A stretch of 64,000 nt of DNA from Macrostomum lignano. Lineage: Eukaryota. Made by a program: the position numbers and the translations under genes. Of the stretch, positions 22,943 to 34,146 are shown one piece after another (the first letter of the stretch is position 1; every line of letters starts with the position of its first letter). The notes below the pieces were generated by a model, which saw only the letters and a program-made list of their open reading frames with translations, searched no databases and had not been told where the DNA came from. Where the stretch lies: positions 1 to 64,000 of the forward strand of contig NIVC01001153.1 of NCBI GenBank assembly GCA_002269645.1, given 5' to 3'.

Positions 22943-23956
22943 ATGAACCCATTAACCCAAGTCCGCAATCAGCGCCTGATGACTGAGAAGGAGCTCCAAC
23001 TGGGCACGGCGAACACCCAAAGCTCCTGGCACTCGATGTTCAAAGACTCCGCTTGGATCTACATTGGCGGCTTGGACTATGAACTCACCGAAGGCGACGT
23101 AATCTGCGTGTTCTCCCAATACGGCGAAGTGGTCAACGTCAACCTGGTGCGGGACCAGTCCACTGGCAAGAGCAAAGGCTTCGCTTTCCTGTGCTACGAA
23201 GATCAGCGATCAACCGTGCTGGCATGCGACAACCTCAACGGAGCCCGAGTTGTGGGTCGCACTCTGCGGGTTAATCACGTGGAAAGCTACAAGGTGAAGG
23301 AGCTGATTAAACCGGACGATGATCCGGTGAAGCAGCGGCTTAAGGAGCGCGGCTGCGCGCCTGAAGTTGGACATGACGGCGATTTGAGTCCGCCTCGCCG
23401 TCGGCGCTCGCCGCCCGCCGCTCCTGGAGGCTCAGCCGCTCCTGTGCGAGTGAAGCGCGAAAAAATCGATCCAAATTATCCGGATTACCAACCGTCTGAT
23501 CGTAGCCGTAGCCGTAACGGACATCCGGGTAGCCGCGACGGACATTCGGGTAGCCGCGACGGACATCCGGGTAGCCGCGACGGACATCCGGGTAGCCGCG
23601 ACGGACATCCGGGTAGCCGCGACGGACATCCGGGTAGCCGCGACGGACATCCGGGTAGCAAGGATCGACAAGTCGCTAGCACGAATCGTAGAAAGAATTA
23701 TAGTCATAGCCGTAGCCGTAGCCGCGATGGACATCCGGGTAGCAAGGATCGACAAGTCGCTAGCACGAATCGTAGAAAGAATTATAGTCATAGCCGTAGC
23801 CGAAGCCGTAGCCGTAGCCGCGACGGACATCCGGGCAGCAAGGATCGACAAGTTCCTAATCCAAATCGTCGAAGAAATCGTAGCCGTAGCCGTAGCCCAC
23901 CGTCCAGAAGTGACGCTGCCAGATATCGAAGGTCTACTACAAGTAGTAGAAAATAA
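22943..23956 (+). CDS. RBMX2: RBMX2/Snu17 (RES complex RRM protein) with RS-rich tail, single coding exon (337 aa)
   Basis: MNPLTQV...SWHSMFKDSAWIYIGGLDYELTEGDVICVFSQYGEVVNVNLVRDQSTGKSKGFAFLCYEDQRSTVLA. ATG 22943 is preferred over the ORF-track start at 22898. Confidence 0.93.
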   Translation: MNPLTQVRNQRLMTEKELQLGTANTQSSWHSMFKDSAWIYIGGLDYELTEGDVICVFSQYGEVVNVNLVRDQSTGKSKGFAFLCYEDQRSTVLACDNLNGARVVGRTLRVNHVESYKVKELIKPDDDPVKQRLKERGCAPEVGHDGDLSPPRRRRSPPAAPGGSAAPVRVKREKIDPNYPDYQPSDRSRSRNGHPGSRDGHSGSRDGHPGSRDGHPGSRDGHPGSRDGHPGSRDGHPGSKDRQVASTNRRKNYSHSRSRSRDGHPGSKDRQVASTNRRKNYSHSRSRSRSRSRDGHPGSKDRQVPNPNRRRNRSRSRSPPSRSDAARYRRSTTSSRK

Positions 23957-24798
23957 TTTCAGTGGTTTTGTGTCGTCATAACAACGGTTTTGACCAAGCC
24001 TCATTGACTATTGTACAGATTATGATTTTTCAATTTGAAAGTTCTATTTTTAATAGCTTGGGAGACTGATTCTACCCAAATTAGATGAAGCCGAGAGGCA
24101 GATTCTACCTATAACTTACTGCTAATAATTATTGGCATGTTTCGTTGAAATTTAATGCCTACCGGTAATTTTGATCCAACCAGTTCTTGCTGTTATTATT
24201 AGGTTATGTTCAGATAACGGCAGTGTACTATGCATTTTACAATACTTTGGTAAATATCAAAATATACTTTAATAAAAACACATGTTCAGTACTGATATAT
24301 AGTGCTCTTCTTATGTGTATTGCAAATGTAGTTATTAACGGAGTTGTTGCTCATTTATTTTTTTAAAATCTAAAATAACACCGTTCGTAACAATTTAAAG
24401 AGAGTTGCTTAGCAAAGCAATTTACTGAATATGCGATTTAAAAGGGTTAAAAAGAATGTTAATTTTCTACAGATATGTAAACAGATTTAATCTTAGCTCA
24501 CTAATACAAGCTACTTGATTTTTTTAGATTTTTTGCAGTCATGAATGACCTAATTTAACACTTGGAAAATTTTTTACCACAAATCAGTGATGTGCCTGTC
24601 GTTTTTTAGAAACATAAAATTTCACAGAACAGCCTTCAAAAGATTTTCTAAGAAACCAAGTGGATCTCGTTTCAACACTACATGTTTATACTTAAGTCAT
24701 TCTGTGTTAACTACTCGCACAGATGTAATCTTTGTCGCTGGTCTGAGTAAATTTCAAGTTAATATATTGACTGACGCGAACTATACCATATCAGATAA

Positions 24799-27625
24799 TT
24801 AGTTCCAGTACGGTCTATAATGCTCCGGTAGGCGAGGCACGTGTCTGCGCCACAGGTTTTTGTCCTCCTGCGACAGGCGAGCTACTGGCCGAAGAAAACT
24901 CTCTGTTGCTTTCCACTTTCTTGCCGGCCTTTCCGTTTCCTGCATGTGGTAATGAGGGTTGCCAGGCTACTGATTATCTAGTGAGAATTTCACGAGTATT
25001 CCGTACCTGCATTTGCTCTAATAAAATGACAGCGTGCGCTCTCCAGTCTCAACCCGTTGAAAACGGTACCGTGACAAGAATCGCTAAAAAGTCGTTGCAA
25101 ACAACTTACTTGTGACTCTGGGCGACTCTTGTGACTTTTTAACGACTCAAACGCGTCAAATGCGACGGAGGCGACTTGCGTCGCAAAAGCGTAAATCATG
25201 AAAAAATTGTCCAAGAATCGTTGAGTTGGCGTTATAACTTTTGCTACAGATACGACTCTAATTCATCAAGCGACGCAAATGCGCTTTAAACACAACTCAG
25301 TGACTACAGCGACTTTAGCACGCCTCAAATACGACTCTTTACGGCACCAGAGTCGATTTCAGAGTCACAGACAACAAAACGCTTCGTGACTTCTTTGGTG
25401 ACGAATTTTTGGTGACTTTAACCATTTCATCTCATCGTTTTAGAGTCGTCTAGAGTCATTTCTTTTCATTTCTTTCATTTCATTCATCACTTTCATTCAT
25501 CACTTTCATTTCATTTCATTCATTTCTTTCCTATTTTGTGTTACCTGCAACGACTGTAAGGCGACGCAAGTGACTTTGGTACGCTTCTTAGCTTAGATAC
25601 CGTTTTCATCGGGCAATTCATTTATCCCTGAGCTGAGATCAACAAGAAGCTTCTCCACTCTCGTCAATTTACTCCCCATCTGCTTTCTTCTCTAACTCCT
25701 TCTTTCCCCATCCATCCCAATCTTCTGTCCTGTCGCACCCTCCTCCAATCATATCCACAGCAACAGTAGCAACTCAAACTTCTAATTTCTCCAGGCAGTT
25801 CCATACCATTGTAATAGACCGACGAAACAGCACGGCCTCGACGGTCAGCAGCGGGAAAAACAGTCTGCCGTAGCTTACAACCTTAGCAACCTTGAAGCCG
25901 CAGCTGTCGCACACTAGATCAACGCCAATTACTTCCACGCCGGGCACCCTTTTGGCTTCGCCGCCAGCTTGGCCGCGAAGTCGGCCGCCGCTGGCGAACA
26001 TCTCGACATCGACAACAACCCGGTGGATGTCGCCGATTAAGCGAAGTCGAGTCGAATGTGACAGCTGAGTGAAGCACTTGCTGCACAGAATGTCGTGATC
26101 GCTGTCAAGAACTTGACCTCGGTTGTTGTTGGCCTGATTGACGTCTCCGCCTCCAGCCTCTTGGTTATCCTCATCTGTGTTCATCATTCTTACTTGATAT
26201 TCGAGCATCTGCAAGCAGGAGGCATCAAAGCTGGGAGTCATACCAAATCGACCCAATTCGGGATTATTTACATGTATATGTTAATCTCTCACCTGAATCT
26301 CCAGTTCCCTTGCTGACATGGCAGCAACGGTCCTCACCGCCTGGGACATCATGGCATCTCGCTCCTGATTGATGCGTTCTTTATCTTTCAGCCATTCCTG
26401 CGTTTCCGCTACAATCACGTGATAGGCGCTGTTTCTGGCCCGGCCGCGGCCCTTGGTCTGCACCATGGAGACCTCGTTGGTCACGTGACAGTAGCGCACC
26501 ACCAGGTTGCAGTCGGGGATGTCCAGGCCCTCCTCAGTGACGCTCGTACAAGCGATCACTTTGTAGAGACCGCGTCGGAAGTCTTCAAGTCTGGCCCGCT
26601 GCTCAGCCGCGTTGGTGCCTCCCGTCGACTCGCCAGATGTTGCACCTGTCACGTAGGTAGCCTTAAGACGCAGTTCCGCACACTCGTCTACAAAATCGGC
26701 CAGAACGCGAGCGTAAAATTTCTGTTTTACAAAAACGATAGCGCGACTGTTTGGCTGGCCGGTGAATTGCTCGCGAAGAATTTCGACAAGCTTGTCCAGC
26801 GGTGGGCTGGACTGGAACATACGAAGGAGGAGTTCATTTTACAGGTTAATACGAAGGTCTGGAGTCTTGCGAGTAAAGGGCATAAAAAATCAGCCTCTAT
26901 GCTGTCTACCCCCATTACTTCCAAATGACTGCACTGTCAAAGAAACCCCTACTCATCCTGCGTCCATTTTTAATATACTCGTACTATCAGAACTAAAAAA
27001 TCCCTAGACCCAGTAACCATGTTCCTCACCGAAGCCTCCTTTGTGCCGCAGAACCTGATCAATTGTTGCATTACGTCATCCAGATGCCGTCTCAGTCTTT
27101 CCTCAGCCTCGCTTGCCGGTGGCTTTGCCATCTCATCCTCGGTTCGCAGCTCCGTCTCCAAATAGCGCAACGCGTCCACCGCGCGAAAGCACTGCGCAAT
27201 CATTTGAGCCTCGTTGCAGCAGCCAAGATACCTGCTGCAGGCTAATATATTCTTGCAAACGGTTTGGTCAGTGATGTTGTGCATGTTGTACTTCACGTTG
27301 GTGCAGTAGTTCAAGTACGCGGGAGTGCCTCGGGGAGGCACAGACGACACTGGCAGGCCTTCACTCTGCCACTGTTCAAGTGAATCGCAATAGTCGCGCA
27401 GAAGGCCCTCGCCCATGTTCATTAATCTGTTTAGCAGGTTGATAAACACGTCGACTTTTGTTGGATCGCCAGGTGCATAGTGTATCTGGCAATCGGGATT
27501 TGATGTCACTTCATTGAGCGACTTGATGCAGCGCTGCACAGTGACTGGATATGGGCAGTCGAGATTGGCGCACAGCTTGATTAGATGCTCCACGGCGGCC
27601 TCGAGTCGCGATGCTTTGCCGGTGC
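24799..27625 (-). CDS. RIG-I-like receptor helicase, 5'-incomplete; exons 27625-27030, 26811-26293, 26208-25807, 24939-24799 (~551 aa visible)
   Basis: Post-motif III LIKLCANLD; Hel2i; PPLDKLVEIL; motif IV IVFVKQK; motif V CTSVTEEGLDIPDCNLV; motif VI MVQTKGRGRA; pincer helix; CTD with CSKC...CDSC; final exon with the ARKWK motif. GT-AG junctions are in frame. Confidence 0.85.
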
Positions 27626-28320
27626 CTTGTTTGTACGAATGTTTTTAAGATGTTAGCGCATTAGACTGTGCGGTTGTACTTTTACTGGGTGTATTTAATG
27701 GCCTCTAATTAGGCTTTGAATTATCTTGAATAGCTACGGTTTTCTAGTGCTCTCCGTTGTAGTTCTCCAATATTCTATACATGTAGTGTCTGTTTGGAGT
27801 TCTCTAGCATCCATATTAAGGTTCGTGGAAACAACCCACTAGTGGTTCTAGCGAATGTTATTTGAAGACTCAAGCGACTGTAATGCAACTGTTGAGTCAC
27901 GAGCGCATCACGTGCGAATCGTAAGAGTCGTCCAAAAGCCGTTGCGTTAGAAATTTTCTACTAACTCAAGTAGACTAAATAGATCGAGTTATTACACGTA
28001 TGCTAGTAAACTGTGCAAGTCGATTCTAGTTCATAAAGTGATATGTTGAATGCTTTTTTCCTGAGCGTATTTAGCCACTCGGCAGATTTTGAAGCGAAAA
28101 AAAAAACTCGGCGGGCAATTCGCTCGCGGGCAAAATGCACTGCGGGCAAATCTCGACGGGAAAATCGTCTGCGGGCAGTTCTCATGGACCTGACTCTGAG
28201 ATGCTTCTTGGCCTAGGTACCGTTTTTTATCAATAGTGTTCTCTTAATGTCCCTTGCATTGTTTGGGTAATCTAGTATCTCTCAAGCGTCCCTTGTTACA
28301 AACTGCACTGTCTAAGTCTT

Positions 28321-28703
28321 NNNNNNNNNNNNNNNNNNNNNNNNNNNNNNNNNNNNNNNNNNNNNNNNNNNNNNNNNNNNNNNNNNNNNNNNNNNNNNNN
28401 NNNNNNNNNNNNNNNNNNNNNNNNNNNNNNNNNNNNNNNNNNNNNNNNNNNNNNNNNNNNNNNNNNNNNNNNNNNNNNNNNNNNNNNNNNNNNNNNNNNN
28501 NNNNNNNNNNNNNNNNNNNNNNNNNNNNNNNNNNNNNNNNNNNNNNNNNNNNNNNNNNNNNNNNNNNNNNNNNNNNNNNNNNNNNNNNNNNNNNNNNNNN
28601 NNNNNNNNNNNNNNNNNNNNNNNNNNNNNNNNNNNNNNNNNNNNNNNNNNNNNNNNNNNNNNNNNNNNNNNNNNNNNNNNNNNNNNNNNNNNNNNNNNNN
28701 NNN
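28321..28703. other. Assembly gap (383 N)
   Basis: Run of n from 28321 to 28703. Confidence 1.
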
Positions 28704-29475
28704 NTAACTTGAATTTACTCAGACCAGCGACAAAGATTACATCTGTGCGAGTAGTTAACACAGAATGACTTAAGTATAACATGTAGTGTTGAAACGAGAT
28801 TCTGTGAAAAATTTTATGTTTCTAAAAAACGACAGGCACATCACTGATTTGTGGTAAAAAGTTTTCCAAGTGTTAAATTAGGTCATTCATGACTGCAAAA
28901 AATCTAAAAAAATCAAGTAGCTTGTATTAGTGAGCTAAGATTAAATCTGTTTACATTATCTGTAGAAAATTAACATTCTTTTTAACCCTTTTAAATCGCA
29001 TATTCAGTAAATTGCTTTGCTAAGCAACTCTCTTTAAATTGTTACGAACGGTGTTATTTTAGATTTTAAAAAAATAAATGAGCAACAACTCCGTTAATAA
29101 CTACATTTGCAATACACATAAGAAGAGCACTATATATCAGTACTGAACATGTGTTTTTATTAAAGTATATTTTGATATTTACCAAAGTATTGTAAAATGC
29201 ATAGTACACTGCCGTTATCTGAACATAACCTAATAATAACAGCAAGAACTGGTTGGATCAAAATTACCGGTAGGCATTAAATTTCAACGAAACATGCCAA
29301 TAATTATTAGCAGTAAGTTATAGGTAGAATCTGCCTCTCGGCTTCATCTAATTTGGGTAGAATCAGTCTCCCAAGCTATTAAAAATAGAACTTTCAAATT
29401 GAAAAATCATAATCTGTACAATAGTCAATGAGGCTTGGTCAAAACCGTTGTTATGACGACACAAAACCACTGAAA

Positions 29476-30510
29476 TTATTTTCTACTACTTGTAGTAGAC
29501 CTTCGATATCTGGCAGCGTCACTTCTGGACGGTGGGCTACGGCTACGGCTACGATTTCTTCGACGATTTGGATTAGGAACTTGTCGATCCTTGCTGCCCG
29601 GATGTCCGTCGCGGCTACGGCTACGGCTTCGGCTACGGCTATGACTATAATTCTTTCTACGATTCGTGCTAGCGACTTGTCGATCCTTGCTACCCGGATG
29701 TCCATCGCGGCTACGGCTACGGCTATGACTATAATTCTTTCTACGATTCGTGCTAGCGACTTGTCGATCCTTGCTACCCGGATGTCCGTCGCGGCTACCC
29801 GGATGTCCGTCGCGGCTACCCGGATGTCCGTCGCGGCTACCCGGATGTCCGTCGCGGCTACCCGGATGTCCGTCGCGGCTACCCGAATGTCCGTCGCGGC
29901 TACCCGAATGTCCGTCGCGGCTACCCGGATGTCCGTTACGGCTACGGCTACGATCAGACGGTTGGTAATCCGGATAATTTGGATCGATTTTTTCGCGCTT
30001 CACTCGCACAGGAGCGGCTGAGCCTCCAGGAGCGGCGGGCGGCGAGCGCCGACGGCGAGGCGGACTCAAATCGCCGTCATGTCCAACTTCAGGCGCGCAG
30101 CCGCGCTCCTTAAGCCGCTGCTTCACCGGATCATCGTCCGGTTTAATCAGCTCCTTCACCTTGTAGCTTTCCACGTGATTAACCCGCAGAGTGCGACCCA
30201 CAACTCGGGCTCCGTTGAGGTTGTCGCATGCCAGCACGGTTGATCGCTGATCTTCGTAGCACAGGAAAGCGAAGCCTTTGCTCTTGCCAGTGGACTGGTC
30301 CCGCACCAGGTTGACGTTGACCACTTCGCCGTATTGGGAGAACACGCAGATTACGTCGCCTTCGGTGAGTTCATAGTCCAAGCCGCCAATGTAGATCCAA
30401 GCGGAGTCTTTGAACATCGAGTGCCAGGAGCTTTGGGTGTTCGCCGTGCCCAGTTGGAGCTCCTTCTCAGTCATCAGGCGCTGATTGCGGACTTGGGTTA
30501 ATGGGTTCAT
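29476..30510 (-). CDS. RBMX2: RBMX2 mirror copy (344 aa)
   Basis: Identical RRM, with one extra SRDGHSG unit. Confidence 0.93.
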   Translation of the reverse strand: MNPLTQVRNQRLMTEKELQLGTANTQSSWHSMFKDSAWIYIGGLDYELTEGDVICVFSQYGEVVNVNLVRDQSTGKSKGFAFLCYEDQRSTVLACDNLNGARVVGRTLRVNHVESYKVKELIKPDDDPVKQRLKERGCAPEVGHDGDLSPPRRRRSPPAAPGGSAAPVRVKREKIDPNYPDYQPSDRSRSRNGHPGSRDGHSGSRDGHSGSRDGHPGSRDGHPGSRDGHPGSRDGHPGSRDGHPGSKDRQVASTNRRKNYSHSRSRSRDGHPGSKDRQVASTNRRKNYSHSRSRSRSRSRDGHPGSKDRQVPNPNRRRNRSRSRSPPSRSDAARYRRSTTSSRK

Positions 30511-30638
30511 GATGCCTGGTCTGAGCGCTGCAGTGAGATGGCGAGATATGCTCACATTTATTTGGCTTTTATCACTGTAGAAATATTAATTAAGTAAGGA
30601 GAATAGCGGCCACTGAAGGGTCTGAGGGGAGGGGCAGC

Positions 30639-33452
30639 AGTAGCTCGTAGTAATAGAAAATTACGTCCATACCCCATTTTTCAATTGCAAAACACGTAAT
30701 AAGGTACCCGTCAGAAATTTTATTACGCACATACCTTATTTTTGTATTAAAAATCAAATAAGGTACCGAACCAAATGGTAGGGTATTCTACAGGAATTCC
30801 AACTAAACTGCAGTGCAGCCACAAAGAACGAGAAAGAAAAGACCCCGACACCGATCAACCAAGTTGCTGAAAAACGACATAGCTATTTCTGCATTACAAG
30901 AATAGGGGAAACACGCACCCACAAAGAACAAAAGAAAAGACCTTAATACGAGTAAATTGCAGAAGTCAAATTGTGCCACAATCCCTCTGCAAGCAAAACC
31001 CAGCTCAGAATAGGCTACAGGCAGTAAATAAGCCGCCTGCTGCGCCTTATACTTTCTCCCCATACTGCCTTTCGTACCAGGAGTCATTCAAGACCCCAAT
31101 TTTTTAATTTTCAAGAAAAGACCATTGAGAATTACGAACGATACAAACTCCTATTTTTTTATTTTTAAACGTATTTGAAATTTACCAGCCAAATATATAC
31201 ATACTTCAAAGATGGGACAAAAAGTTGCTAGTTTAAGACAGTAGTAGGCCCCCAAATATCTTAACAGTTATTCGGCTCGGGTATACATTCATATTTTGAA
31301 TTTCTAACATTCGTAAGCCACTAAACTGTCTTGATTGAATGCTTCAATATCATTTTTTCGTTGTCCAACCTGTTCATTTCTGCAGTTCTTCGCCACCGTT
31401 CCTGTTCGTTGTACTATCACTTGCTCAAAAAACTAAGTATACTTGAATTTAACGGACTAAAGTATAACACGCCAAAAGACATAATCAGTTTTCAATTCTC
31501 AGTCACTGATCGACAAACCAATCACATCCGAAAAAACCGGGTAATTGTAAGTGTTGCTGTGACGAGATCCTTCTGAGCTCGGTACTGACGGCCATGCACA
31601 ATAATAAATTGAACCTTCGTAGTGAGAAACAGTCTTAGGGTCGAATCGACTTGACTTGTCTTATTCTATATATTTGAACAGATCGGATACAGTTTTAGTA
31701 TCATGACGTTAAATTCTTTATGGTAAACTAAGGCAAACGAACGCAAAATCGCGATATGACAGTCTTTTAAATAACTTTAAAATTCCCTAATGAATAGTGG
31801 ATTATTACAATACTAAGTAGACATTAATATTACCAAATTATATACGAACAACTACATATCAGTATCGTTCCATTGCGCAGTCAGGCGTCCGCAGTCAAGT
31901 CCCAATAGTCCATAGTCGTCAGTTTTCCAGACTTCATCTCCCGGAAGAAAAAGCGGTACCACCCAGTACCTAGGGCTTGCACTGCCAAGGCATATTCGCC
32001 CTCGCAAACCGTGACATTCTCGGGGTACATATAACCCGGAGGCGGCCGCGCAAAGACCTCGTTCTTGAACGCTGCAAAGAGAGAAGACGCAGCCCATTAG
32101 TACCCGATCAGCTTCTTAATAAACAAAAAGCCCAATAATTGCTTACCGTCTCTCACATATCGCTCAGCTAGTTCTTTCTTTCGGGCGGATTTGTCCATAT
32201 TCGTAGTGAATGCAATGCTAGTGTAAAGACAAGACTAGAAAATTCTCGGCGAATACTGCAAAATGGGCCAAGTAGCGGTCCTGTTCGAGAGGTTGGTGTT
32301 GAGGAAGCACCAAAAATCGGCTTCTGAAGGCATTCAAAAGGAGATACGACGCTCTTGTAAAAACTCTTTTCGAAGAGGGTAGTTCTGCGGAGGCGGAGTA
32401 TGTTGTCCGAGACAGACCGCTAAAAAGACATGGTAGGTGGCTTTGAATCTTTTCTCGCTTTTTTGCGTAGACGTAACGTGCATGGTGCTCAGCTCTATAA
32501 GGAAGGAAATGTAAAGTTGGAGTTGCGCTTCGCTCAAGCAACAAGCGCGTTGTCTACAATGTAATATTCGGTGGTCTATTTGACAAGCAGCTGCAGATCA
32601 CGGAGCTTCGCGACGTCGTGCCGGGCACAGCATGGAGGAAGTGAATCTGAACATGTTGCAGAGTGCCAGTGACAGATTCTTGCGGTCAATTATTACAATT
32701 CTATGTATGAGATTGTTTGGTGTTGTCTTTTTGGGTGTGTATCCTCAGGACTCGATTAGAACTCTTGGACAATTACCTTTAGATGGTAAAGACTATTTCT
32801 TTGTGGCGAATACAGACACTTCGAATCTTCCTGGTAGGCATTGGGTTGCAGTTTGGGTGAGTAGCAGGCGGGTTAGGGGGGGGGGCCGTGGACGAAGGGT
32901 CGGGGAATATTTTGATTCGCTTGGTTTAAATCCGCCGGAAAATATTAGACGGTGGTTGGGGCGAGAATGTGGGGATTTTCAAAATTGGTCCTACAGCCGA
33001 TTTGCTATTCAGGATCCTCGGTCTGGACATTGTGGTATTTGGGTGTTGTTTTGTTTGTATTTCAAACTGACTCGTGGTGGTAGCCTTCGCTTCTTTTTAA
33101 CGGTTGTGAGCCTCGTCGAAGAAATGAATTTCGGCGCGTGTTTTTGCCTACGACGCTTTACAGCACATTAGTTGCCTCTGTTCTTGTAATGCAGAAATAT
33201 ACGGAAAGTGCGTTTTTGGACAAGTTGGTTGGTTGATCGAAATTTAGATCTTTTCTTCTTTTGAATTATTTGTGGGTGCGGTGCAGTGTAGTTAGAATTC
33301 CTGTTGTATACCCTACCATTTGGTTCGGTATCTTACTACTTGATTTTATAGGAAAATAAAGGTATGTGCGGAATAAAATTTCTGACGGGTTACCTTATTA
33401 CGTGTTTTGCAATTGAAAAAAATGGGTATGGACGTAATTTTATATTACTACT
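30639..33452. mobile_element. Mini-Polinton mirror copy, 2814 bp
   Basis: Flanked by GGCAGC at 30633-30638 and 33453-33458. Ends ACTACT. Confidence 0.88.
32632..33171 (+). CDS. Protease mirror copy (179 aa; 2-bp deletion shifts only the C-terminal tail)
   Basis: Identical to the left copy through MNFGAC. gcgtgtattttt (left) vs gcgtgttttt (right). Confidence 0.8.
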   Translation: MEEVNLNMLQSASDRFLRSIITILCMRLFGVVFLGVYPQDSIRTLGQLPLDGKDYFFVANTDTSNLPGRHWVAVWVSSRRVRGGGRGRRVGEYFDSLGLNPPENIRRWLGRECGDFQNWSYSRFAIQDPRSGHCGIWVLFCLYFKLTRGGSLRFFLTVVSLVEEMNFGACFCLRRFTAH

Positions 33453-34146
33453 GGCAGCAGCCACTGAAGGATCTGAGGGGAGGGGCAGCAGGCACTGAAG
33501 GATCTGAGGGGAGGGGCAGCAGGCACTGAAGAATCTGAAGGGAGGGGCAGCAGCCACTGAAAGATCTGAGGGGAGGGGCAGCAGCCACTGAAGGATCTGA
33601 GGGGAGGGCAGCAGCCACTGAAGGATCTGAGGGGAGGGGCAGCAGGCACTGAAGGATCTGAGGGAGGGGCAGCAGCCACTGAAGGATCTGAGGGGAGGGG
33701 CAGCAGGCACTGAAGGATCTGAGGGGAGGGGCAACAGCCACTGAAGGATCTGAGGGGAGGGGCAGCAGCCACTGAAGGATCTGAGGGGAGGGGCAGCAGG
33801 CACTGAATGATCTGAGGGGAGGGGCAGCAGGCACTGAATGATCTGAGGGGAGGGGCAGCAGGCACTGAATGATCTGAGGGGTTAGGAAAGACCTCCCCTA
33901 GCTTAAGCAATGCTAAACGGAAAAAGTGAAATAAAATAAGTAACAAGACTGACTCATCACAGTCAATAACAGGCCGCAAAGGAACAAATGCATAGTTCAG
34001 ACTAAATTAGCAACGGTTATACTTCAAAAATACAAGCAAATCATTATTAAGTTGTTAAAGTTACAATTTTACAACTTGTTGTTTTGGCACAGGAACAAAT
34101 CCCACCAAAATTTAAACTTTGCCTACTTTTAGTAGCACGGCATTCC

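Larger units (their letters stand above)
1..24761 (+). repeat. Left arm of giant inverted duplication (probably continues left of the window)
   Basis: Base 1 (tcaggctaaacatc...) is the reverse complement of the stretch ending at 56706. The inner end ...ggtctgagtaaatttcaagtta (24761) mirrors 28704 onward. All genes and arrays recur in mirrored order. Confidence 0.97.

Noticed and set aside
23432-24004. 190-aa antisense ORF to RBMX2 (and similar shadows over RNF34, RPP30, RLR, GPCR)
   Set aside because: Shadow frames of GC-rich or repetitive coding sequence.
25774-25806. ORF-track stop at 25774 as the RLR C-terminus
   Set aside because: A GTATGG donor at 25806 and an in-frame downstream exon supplying the KW motif fit the family better.
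26281-27593. Dicer or FANCM as the identity of the helicase
   Set aside because: The helicase is followed by a pincer and a two-CxxC RLR CTD and then a stop. No DUF283, PAZ or RNase III domain is visible.
28254-28782. ORFs spanning 28321-28703
   Set aside because: They consist of N-derived X residues.
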